Both the position numbers and the translations under genes were made by a program. A stretch of DNA of 10,788 bases from an archaeon (lineage in GTDB: Archaea; Iainarchaeota; Iainarchaeia; Iainarchaeales; GCA-2688035): NCBI GenBank assembly GCA_030745815.1, contig JASLNX010000161.1, forward strand, positions 1-10,788. The letters are read 5' to 3'. Shown here piece after piece: positions 1 to 5,053 of the stretch. Each line of letters opens with the position of its first letter. Position 1 is the stretch's first letter. The notes under the pieces were generated by a model. The model saw only the letters and a list, made by a program, of their open reading frames with translations, was not told the DNA's origin and ran no database searches.

Positions 1-174
1 CTTTACAAGGCCAATGTTCTTTCCACCCTTTGGATATTTTGCTGCCTTAAGATCTTCTTCTGGAATAATCTCATGCACTACAATTTCATGCCCTTCTCCA
101 AAATCTTTAACAAGCTCTTCGGCAACGCGCTTTGTTCTGCCTGTTTTACTGTAGAAAGAAACAAGAACCCTCAT
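1..174 (-). CDS. Flavodoxin-like protein, N-terminal 58 codons only; the rest of the gene lies beyond position 1
   Basis: ATG (cat on plus strand) at 172-174, with the frame open to position 1. The translation MRVLVSFYSKTGRTKRVAEELVKDFGEGHEIVVHEIIPEEDLKAAKYPKGGKNIGLVK has the Y-S-x-T-G-x-T FMN-phosphate-binding pattern typical of flavodoxin N-termini. The family call rests on motif recognition only. Confidence 0.5.
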   Translation of the reverse strand, partial: MRVLVSFYSKTGRTKRVAEELVKDFGEGHEIVVHEIIPEEDLKAAKYPKGGKNIGLVK

Positions 175-217
175 ACATAATTTAACGCAGACCCCATTTT
201 AAACGATTTGCCGCCCG

Positions 218-1318
218 CTAAATAAGGCCAGAACTTGCCAATAAATAGGCAAAGAACCCAGTGTAAATTACTAAAAGAGTAAGTGCCTCAATTCGGTTCA
301 GCTTGTGGTCGTTTCGGCTAAATACAAGAAGCAACCAGGTTATTCCAATAAGAAACGGAAAAAATATTCCAATTACTTGCGGAGTAATAACAAGCGGGTT
401 TGCAATAGCAGAAAAACCAGCTACCAGAAAAATGTTTGTAATATTACTTCCAATAAGGTTTCCAACCATTATATTCTGGTACTTTTTCTTAATAGCAGAA
501 AAGGCAACTGCAAGTTCTGGAAGAGATGTTCCAACACTTACAAAAAGCATTCCTGTTACAAGGTGAGGAATTGGAAATGCATCAACTGACTGCACTAACA
601 ATTGGGCTCCAACAACCACAATTATTACCCCCAATAACAAGAAAACCAGCTGTTTAATCAAATATTTAATTTGCCTGGATTGCTCGGCAATCTCTTCAGT
701 TGCTGTTGTTAAAACCTTTCTTAATTCGAAAAATATTCCTTTCAAAATTTCCTTGTAGGCATAGTAGTCCAATCCAGCGTACAAATTTGACTCAAGTTCG
801 GGAATGGCTGCACTTCGCCTTACCCCAACAACCTCTGAAATATACTGCCTAAACTTAAATTCCTGCCTAAACTTTTTCTTAACCGCTAAGAAGAACATGA
901 TGTAGGCAAAGAACAGTAATAGCAGGAAACCCCCCTCAAACCTTGAAATTAAGCCGTCCAATGCAAAAATATAGAACAAAATAACGGCAAGAAGCATAAA
1001 AAAGCCGTCTCTTGTGTGAATTTCCTTATCAATTTTAATGATTGTTATTGCCCCAACAATTCCAACAATTAGCCCAATATTTGCAACATTACTTCCAATA
1101 ACATTTCCAACTGCCAATGCCGTGTCCCCGTAAAAGGAAGCAGTAACACTTGCAGCAAGCTCTGGAAGAGACGTTCCAACAGCAACAATTGTTAAGCCAA
1201 TTATAAAATCGCTTATTCCAAACTGCTTTGCAATCCTTGCAGCCGAATCAACAATCAAGTCTGCACCCTTCACAAGAAAGGCCAACGACACCACAAATAA
1301 CCCTACCTCAAAAAGCAT
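218..1318 (-). CDS. Na+/Ca2+ (cation/Ca2+) exchanger, CaCA family; YrbG/NCX_Mj-like membrane antiporter
   Basis: 366-aa polytopic membrane protein with two internal alpha-repeats, each carrying the G(T/S)SLPE signature (VGTSLPELAASV and VGTSLPELAVAF), separated by a charged cytoplasmic loop. This is the hallmark of the CaCA superfamily. ATG at 1316-1318. Confidence 0.85.
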   Translation of the reverse strand: MLFEVGLFVVSLAFLVKGADLIVDSAARIAKQFGISDFIIGLTIVAVGTSLPELAASVTASFYGDTALAVGNVIGSNVANIGLIVGIVGAITIIKIDKEIHTRDGFFMLLAVILFYIFALDGLISRFEGGFLLLLFFAYIMFFLAVKKKFRQEFKFRQYISEVVGVRRSAAIPELESNLYAGLDYYAYKEILKGIFFELRKVLTTATEEIAEQSRQIKYLIKQLVFLLLGVIIVVVGAQLLVQSVDAFPIPHLVTGMLFVSVGTSLPELAVAFSAIKKKYQNIMVGNLIGSNITNIFLVAGFSAIANPLVITPQVIGIFFPFLIGITWLLLVFSRNDHKLNRIEALTLLVIYTGFFAYLLASSGLI

Positions 1319-1348
1319 AACTTACCGCAAAGAAAAGAGTTTTAATGG

Positions 1349-1357
1349 ATTTAAAGG
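1349..1357 (-). promoter_or_regulatory. TATA-like box (CCTTTAAAT) ~35 nt upstream of the CaCA exchanger ATG
   Basis: Minus-strand AACCTTTAAATCC. It is flanked by an imperfect inverted repeat (TTACCGCAA at 1322-1330 and TTGCGGTTA at 1358-1366) that shares a 7-bp complementary core. Confidence 0.3.
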
Positions 1358-1384
1358 TTGCGGTTACCGTAAACCAAAAAGAAT

Positions 1385-1397
1385 CCAAAGGTTTTTG
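1385..1397 (+). repeat. Copy 1 of short repeated motif CCAAAGGTTTTTG, 13 nt 3' of tRNA-Leu
   Basis: Exact 13-mer shared with 3044-3056. The 12-mer core CAAAGGTTTTTG is also present in inverted orientation at 3589-3600. Confidence 0.5.
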
Positions 1398-1410
1398 CCC
1401 TGGATTGTAA

Positions 1411-1494
1411 TGCGGGAGGGAAGATTCGAACTCCCGTAGGCACTAAGCCACCAGGCCCTCAACCTGGCCGAATTGGCCACTATCGGACTCCCGC
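1411..1494 (-). tRNA. tRNA-Leu (anticodon GAG), class II with long variable arm, no encoded CCA, no intron
   Basis: The reverse complement folds by hand into a cloverleaf. Acceptor stem GCGGGAG/CTCCCGC, T8, 3-bp D-stem CGA/TCG with an 11-nt D-loop, anticodon stem CCAGG/CCTGG, anticodon loop TTGAGGG (anticodon GAG). The variable arm is 15 nt (GGC..GCC stem), the T-stem is GGGAG/CTTCC (one G-U), the T-loop is TTCGAAT, and the discriminator is A. Confidence 0.85.
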
Positions 1495-1590
1495 AGAATA
1501 AATTCGTTTACAGAAATAATGGGGAAATAAAGGCTTTTAATATTTGCCTTCGTCTTTTTAGTAGGATAAATCAGGAGATAGTGAGATACA

Positions 1591-1917
1591 ATGAGTGGTG
1601 AAGAAATAATCGGCCAAGTTATAAAGGTTACAGATGAAACCAACAAGATTGTTGAATCTATAAATATGCCTCCTGAAGCAACTAAAGGAATTAACTACAT
1701 ACGAGTTGATTTTTCTTTTAAGGATGAAAAAATGCAGGGGCACATGGGGCTGGTTCAGTTAATGTTTGAAAACAATTCCTACAACGAGTATATGCCTAAA
1801 ATACCACAAAAAGGATCACCCATAACAATTGTTAAAAAGGGATTTATTAAAACGGATTATAAAGTTGACCTTGGAGAATTGAATAAATTCATTAATCTAA
1901 CAAAAATTAATAAATAA
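1591..1917 (+). CDS. Hypothetical small protein (108 aa), no recognisable family
   Basis: Intact ORF transcribed divergently from tRNA-Leu. AGGAGA/GTGAGA Shine-Dalgarno-like purine tract 4-18 nt upstream of the ATG. AT-rich CTTTTAATATT box ~50 nt upstream. Lys/Asn/Ile-rich codon usage matches neighbouring genes. Followed by a T-rich tract (tatttttc, 1968-1976). Translation MSGEEIIGQVIKVTDETNKIVESINMPPEATKG... has no motif I recognise. Confidence 0.55.
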   Translation: MSGEEIIGQVIKVTDETNKIVESINMPPEATKGINYIRVDFSFKDEKMQGHMGLVQLMFENNSYNEYMPKIPQKGSPITIVKKGFIKTDYKVDLGELNKFINLTKINK

Positions 1918-1970
1918 TATTTATTTCCAATCAACCGAATTTAATAATAAAAGAAAAAAGAAGCAGGTTG

Positions 1971-2516
1971 CTATTTTTCAATCCCAACAACCTTTATCTT
2001 GAAAATAAGAGTTTTGCCTGCAAGATTGTGATTAAAATCAACCTTTGCCGAATCCTCATTCATTTCAAGAACTGTTCCGTTGCCTGCTTGAGGACTTGAA
2101 ACTGGCATTCCAACCTTTAGCTGGCTCCAAAAGTCTCCAAAGTTTTCCTTTGAAATCTCAACAATTTTGCTTTCATCCTTTGGCCCGTAAGCCTTTGCCG
2201 GCTCCAAGGTAACTGTTTTCTCTTCGTTTAATCTCATTCCAATAACTGCCTCGTCAAAGCCCTTAATCATTTGGCCTGCTCCGGCAACAAATTCAAGTGG
2301 CACTCCGTCGTGCTTTTCGGTTGAGTCAAAAACTTCACCGTTCTCCAAACTTCCCTCATACTCTATTTTTACAGTGTCTCCTGTTTCAATTAGTTCCATT
2401 GAAATGTCCCCTCCAATTGGTTCAACGCCGTTTCCATTCACTGGATTCTCTTCAGGCTGCGTGCAACCAGCAAGCAACAAAGATGCCAAAATCAGAACAA
2501 ATAACAGCTTCTTCAT
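1971..2516 (-). CDS. FKBP-type peptidyl-prolyl cis-trans isomerase (SlyD/short FKBP with insert-in-flap), predicted secreted lipoprotein
   Basis: FKBP domain signature GDTVKIEYEGSLENGEVFDST...PLEFVAGAGQMIKGFDEAVIGMRLNEEKTVTLEPAKAYG, with a flap insertion before the final beta strand. The N-terminus MKKLLFVLILASLLLAGC is a signal peptide ending in a lipobox (LAGC). The ORF track starts at 2534 (MLYFNVMKK...). I prefer the ATG at 2514-2516 because a CTTTTAAAT box at 2538-2546 lies ~27 nt upstream of it, consistent with a leaderless transcript. Confidence 0.85.
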   Translation of the reverse strand: MKKLLFVLILASLLLAGCTQPEENPVNGNGVEPIGGDISMELIETGDTVKIEYEGSLENGEVFDSTEKHDGVPLEFVAGAGQMIKGFDEAVIGMRLNEEKTVTLEPAKAYGPKDESKIVEISKENFGDFWSQLKVGMPVSSPQAGNGTVLEMNEDSAKVDFNHNLAGKTLIFKIKVVGIEK

Positions 2517-2537
2517 AACATTAAAATAAAGCATTAG

Positions 2538-2546
2538 ATTTAAAAG
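2538..2546 (-). promoter_or_regulatory. TATA-like box (CTTTTAAAT) ~27 nt upstream of the FKBP lipoprotein ATG at 2516
   Basis: Minus-strand GCTTTTAAATCT. Its spacing to ATG 2514-2516 (MKKLL...) fits a leaderless mRNA and argues for this start rather than the ATG at 2534. Confidence 0.35.
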
Positions 2547-2550
2547 CGAA

Positions 2551-2892
2551 TTACTGCTTGGCTTTAGACTTTGACTTGAACTTGGTCTTTAACTTTGCCA
2601 ATCTTGGAACCCAAGTTCTTAGCCTAGTAAGATTTTTTGCAGCCCTGTGCCTTTGGGCCATTGCCTCGCTTAAACTAGCTTTCCCAATTACACCTATAGC
2701 CACAGGGCCAATTGGCCCCCCAACTGCTTCAACATACTTATTTGCAATCTTACTGGCAGCCGGCCCAGCCCGGATTCTGCGATTTCTCTTCAATCTTTCT
2801 TTGAGTCTTATTGCTTCCAGACCATTTTTTGGCTTACCAGTCAAAGGAATTTGTTTTCTCTTAAGTATCCCCATTAAACCACATAAATACAT
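2551..2892 (-). CDS. Small, very basic (Lys/Arg-rich) protein, possibly nucleic-acid-binding or ribosomal-protein-like; family not recognised
   Basis: 113-aa ORF with ~30% K+R, a central hydrophobic Gly/Pro segment (GGPIGPVAIGVIG) and a poly-Lys C-terminus (KLKTKFKSKSKAKQ). A CTTTAAAGC box at 2917-2925 is centred ~29 nt upstream of the ATG at 2890-2892, suggesting a leaderless start. An alternative ATG lies at 2872-2874. Sits between tRNA genes and FKBP on the same strand. Confidence 0.55.
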   Translation of the reverse strand: MYLCGLMGILKRKQIPLTGKPKNGLEAIRLKERLKRNRRIRAGPAASKIANKYVEAVGGPIGPVAIGVIGKASLSEAMAQRHRAAKNLTRLRTWVPRLAKLKTKFKSKSKAKQ

Positions 2893-2916
2893 GCGCAGGG
2901 ACAGTTTTTAATTATT

Positions 2917-2925
2917 GCTTTAAAG
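2917..2925 (-). promoter_or_regulatory. TATA-like box (CTTTAAAGC) ~29 nt upstream of the basic-protein ATG, abutting the tRNA-Ser(GGA) 3' end
   Basis: Minus-strand CTTTAAAGC at 2917-2925. The ATG at 2892 lies where a leaderless transcription start would be expected. Confidence 0.35.
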
Positions 2926-3009
2926 CGCAGGGAACGAGATTCGAACTCGCGCTCCCGTGAAGGAACCAGCTTTCCAAGCTGGCGCGTTTAACCACTCCGC
3001 CATCCCTGC
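2926..3009 (-). tRNA. tRNA-Ser (anticodon GGA), class II, no encoded CCA, no intron
   Basis: Reverse complement: acceptor GCAGGGA/TCCCTGC, 3-bp D-stem GCG/CGC with 11-nt D-loop GAGTGGTTAAA, anticodon stem CCAGC/GCTGG, loop TTGGAAA (anticodon GGA). Long variable arm with a 4-bp stem. T-stem GCGAG/CTCGT, T-loop TTCGAAT, discriminator G. Confidence 0.85.
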
Positions 3010-3043
3010 AAATAAATCTTTTTGTGAACTTTTTGAAAGGAAA

Positions 3044-3056
3044 CCAAAGGTTTTTG
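3044..3056 (+). repeat. Copy 2 of CCAAAGGTTTTTG, 16 nt 3' of tRNA-Ser(TGA), between the two tRNA-Ser genes
   Basis: Identical 13-mer to 1385-1397. On the tRNA-coding strand both copies read CAAAAACCTTTGG, followed by a pyrimidine-rich run (ATTCTTTTT / TTTCCTTTC). Confidence 0.5.
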
Positions 3057-3072
3057 TTCCAAAAAAGTTCTA

Positions 3073-3156
3073 CGCCGGCGACAGGATTTGAACCTGCGCG
3101 TCCTTTCGGACAACGGCTCTCAAGGCCGTCGCGTTTGACCGCTCCGCCACGCCGGC
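3073..3156 (-). tRNA. tRNA-Ser (anticodon TGA), class II, no encoded CCA, no intron
   Basis: Reverse complement: acceptor GCCGGCG/CGCCGGC, D-stem GCG/CGC with 11-nt D-loop GAGCGGTCAAA, anticodon stem ACGGC/GCCGT, loop CTTGAGA (anticodon TGA). Variable arm GTCC-GAAA-GGAC. T-stem GCAGG/CCTGT, T-loop TTCAAAT, discriminator G. Confidence 0.85.
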
Positions 3157-3181
3157 AGCACGTATATTTGAGGCATTGAAA

Positions 3182-3191
3182 GCTTTAAAAA
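3182..3191 (-). promoter_or_regulatory. TATA-like box (TTTTTAAAGC) ~30 nt upstream of the tRNA-Ser(TGA) 5' end
   Basis: Minus-strand TTTTTAAAGC is centred 30 nt upstream of tRNA position 1 (3156) and overlaps the stop region of the EF-Tu-D2 gene. The same YTTTAAA(G)C box recurs at equivalent distance upstream of other starts (2917-2925, 2538-2546, 1349-1357). Confidence 0.4.
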
Positions 3192-3562
3192 TTAACTAAT
3201 GTGAAATTAAGAGACATACCAGGCTGTAAATCCTCTTTGTTTACACCCTTAAGGTTTATTCCAATACTCTGACCCTTGACCGCACTTTCAAGAACCTGGT
3301 GCTTTGCTTCAATAGTTTTAATCATTGCCTGCTTGCCATTCAAGAGAGTTTTTTGCCCAGGGCAAATTGTTCCACTTTCAACAACTCCGACTGCAACAAT
3401 TCCAATTCCAGTTATTTGATAAATGTCTTTTACTCTGAAAACGTTTCCGCCCTGTGCCCCTATTGCGGAAGCAGGCGAGTTTCCAACTTGCTGCTTACCT
3501 GCTTGTGGTTCTAACCCAGATTTTAGTTCTTCGCGTCCAAGAATTTTTCCAAAAAGTCCCAT
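3185..3562 (-). CDS. Stand-alone EF-Tu domain 2-like beta-barrel protein (translational-GTPase domain II without a G domain), with a disordered Gln/Gly-rich N-terminal tail
   Basis: Residues ~40-120 (VFRVKDIYQITGIGIVAVGVVESGTICPGQKTLLNGKQAMIKTIEAKHQVLESAVKGQSIGINLKGVNKEDLQPGMSL) align position-by-position with EF-Tu/EF1A domain II: F-x-x-x-I-x-D-V-F-x-I-x-G-x-G-T-V-x-T-G-R-V-E-x-G-x-I-K-x-G ... A-x-A-G-D-N-V-G-x-x-L-x-G-V-x-x-x-D-I-x-R-G-x-V-L. There is no GTPase P-loop. An AGGTGAT Shine-Dalgarno motif sits 5 nt upstream of the ATG at 3560-3562. Confidence 0.75.
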   Translation of the reverse strand: MGLFGKILGREELKSGLEPQAGKQQVGNSPASAIGAQGGNVFRVKDIYQITGIGIVAVGVVESGTICPGQKTLLNGKQAMIKTIEAKHQVLESAVKGQSIGINLKGVNKEDLQPGMSLNFTLVNF

Positions 3563-3573
3563 TTAGATCACCT

Positions 3574-4245
3574 TTACCGAATTGAGTCCAAAAACCTTTG
3601 CGCCATTTCAGCAATGTTTGAGTTTGTTGGAATTCCTGCCCACGGATCGCCTGGGCGAACAAGGTTTGCAACAACTATTTCTGCTCCGTTAAACATTGCA
3701 CTCTGTGCTTCTCTAAGGTCAACGCCTCCTGCTGCAGAAATCATTACATCGTACTTTCCTTTTATCTTTACAATTTGCTTGTATTTAATTAAGGCTCCAA
3801 AGCTAGATTCCTCGTCTCGGCCGCGGTGAATTACTGCAACTGAAGGTGGTTTTTTAAGAGGCCATAAAACCTTCATTACGCGCTCAACATTTAGCAGGTC
3901 AACCATTGAATCCATTTTGAGGTCATCGCACGTTTTAATAAAGAGGTCAATTGTTTCCTTTGAAGCGGTTCCAATAACTGTTGCTGCTGAAGCGCCTGCG
4001 CTGTAGGCTTCTTGTACTTCTTGTTCTGCTCCGTCAACGGTTTTAATGTCTGCAACAACAATTCCAGGCCAAAGCGATGCAATTCTTCTTATCCCAGCTT
4101 CGCCATAGCGTTTTATGAAAGGGGTTCCTGCCTCAATTATAATTCGGTCATCTCTTGGAAGAGTTGGAATTATTCCTTCAGCAAGGCCAATGTCATAATT
4201 GAAGGCAATTTGAAAGTATCGTTTGCTTGGATCTAAAACGTGCAT
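3574..4245 (-). CDS. 3-hexulose-6-phosphate synthase-like (HPS/KGPDC branch of the OMP-decarboxylase suprafamily) TIM-barrel protein
   Basis: 223 aa. Motifs in HPS order: QIAFNYD (beta-1, like QVAIDL), EAGTPFIKRYG (like ELGTPLIKAEG), ADIKTVDGAE (D-x-K-T-x-D, like ADMKTMDAG), VIHRGRDEE (H-x-G-x-D), AAGGV. This excludes a PyrF-type DxKxxDI arrangement. Only an 8-nt gap separates it from the stomatin gene upstream, so it is probably co-transcribed. Confidence 0.7.
   Translation of the reverse strand: MHVLDPSKRYFQIAFNYDIGLAEGIIPTLPRDDRIIIEAGTPFIKRYGEAGIRRIASLWPGIVVADIKTVDGAEQEVQEAYSAGASAATVIGTASKETIDLFIKTCDDLKMDSMVDLLNVERVMKVLWPLKKPPSVAVIHRGRDEESSFGALIKYKQIVKIKGKYDVMISAAGGVDLREAQSAMFNGAEIVVANLVRPGDPWAGIPTNSNIAEMAQRFLDSIR
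3589..3600 (-). repeat. Copy 3 (inverted) of the 12-nt core CAAAGGTTTTTG, inside the last codons of the HPS-like gene and ~25 nt upstream of the EF-Tu-D2 start
   Basis: Minus strand reads GCGCAAAGGTTTTTGGAC. It encodes ...QRFLD... of the HPS-like C-terminus and lies upstream of the EF-Tu-D2 Shine-Dalgarno motif. Confidence 0.4.
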
Positions 4246-4253
4246 AAGTAGAA

Positions 4254-5003
4254 CTACTTCTTTCCAAGAACTCTTTTAATCATGTCCTCTGCTTCGCTTG
4301 GAAGGAATATGACAATCTTTTCGCTTGGGTCGGCTGAAATTTCCTTAATCGTTCTAAGAGTTCGAAGGTGCAGTGCGCCTTTACTTTTGGAAAGGTTTTC
4401 TCCGGCCTTTGCAAGCTTTGTTGATGCAGTGAGTTCTCCTTCTGAAATAATTATTGCAGCCCTCTTCTCTCTTTCAGCTTCGGCCTGTTTTGCCATTGCC
4501 CTTTTCATTTCAGCAGGCAATTCCACTTCCTGAATTTTTACAGCAGTTACGTCAATTCCCCAATCATCTGTTTCAGCGTCAACAATTTTCTTAATCTCGT
4601 CACTTACAACCTCTCTTTCACTTAAAACAACGTCCATTTCGCTGTTTCCAATAACATCTCTTAATGCACCTTGAGTGTATTGTTTTAGGGCGTAGCCATA
4701 ATTTGTAATCTTTATTACCGCGTGAGCAGCATTTTCAACCTTGTAGTAAACAACTGCGTTAACCAGAAGAGTAATGTTGTCTTTTGTAATTACTTCCTGC
4801 TTTGGAATATCAATTGTGTTGATTCTCATGTCAACCGTAATCATTCTTTGAATGAACGGAACAATAAAATTTAAGCCAGGTCCTCTAACGTTTGAAAACC
4901 TTCCAAGGGTTAAAACAACCCCCCTTTGCCATTCGGTTAGAATTCGAATTGACAAGGCCACTATAAAGACCAGAACAAAACCTGCAATAATTAACCATGG
5001 CAT
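4254..5003 (-). CDS. Stomatin/prohibitin-family (SPFH, band 7) membrane protein
   Basis: N-terminal TM helix (MPWLIIAGFVLVFIVALSI), followed by the SPFH core (IPKQEVITKDNITLLVNAVVYYKVENAAHAVIKITNYGYALKQYTQGALRDVIG...DDWGIDVTAVKIQEVELPAEMKRAMAKQAEAEREKRAAII). This closely resembles archaeal p-stomatins. The C-terminus is a coiled coil. Confidence 0.85.
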   Translation of the reverse strand: MPWLIIAGFVLVFIVALSIRILTEWQRGVVLTLGRFSNVRGPGLNFIVPFIQRMITVDMRINTIDIPKQEVITKDNITLLVNAVVYYKVENAAHAVIKITNYGYALKQYTQGALRDVIGNSEMDVVLSEREVVSDEIKKIVDAETDDWGIDVTAVKIQEVELPAEMKRAMAKQAEAEREKRAAIIISEGELTASTKLAKAGENLSKSKGALHLRTLRTIKEISADPSEKIVIFLPSEAEDMIKRVLGKK

Positions 5004-5053
5004 AAAAAATCAATTATTTAAGAGCTTAAGTTCTTTTTAATCCTTCCCTATAT

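Noticed and set aside
303-589. Two plus-strand ORFs (87 and 94 aa) inside the CaCA exchanger gene
   Set aside because: They are entirely antisense to a well-supported membrane-protein gene. Their translations are low-complexity (Lys/Ser/Asn or Ile/Phe-rich) with no motifs, which is typical of mirror frames of A/T-rich coding DNA.
1443-1743. Minus-strand ORFs of 67 and 61 aa overlapping tRNA-Leu and its promoter region
   Set aside because: They overlap a tRNA gene and a bidirectional A/T-rich promoter region. They have no Shine-Dalgarno motif or promoter box of their own, and their translations look like junk peptides. The second also lies antisense to the start of the 108-aa ORF.
2297-2911. 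Plus-strand ORFs antisense to the FKBP and basic-protein genes (73 and 117 aa)
   Set aside because: They are mirror frames of supported minus-strand genes. Their composition is dominated by Leu/Phe/Ser from the complement of Lys/Glu codons, and they have no start-site signals.
3299-4236. Several 60-75-aa ORFs on both strands inside the EF-Tu-D2 and HPS-like genes
   Set aside because: They are nested in or antisense to genes with clear domain signatures, and they have no independent start signals.
4930-4950. gaattcgaattg near-tandem hexamer inside the stomatin gene
   Set aside because: It is an 11-nt near-duplication within coding sequence, encoding part of the SPFH N-terminal region. There is no matching partner elsewhere and no flanking repeats.
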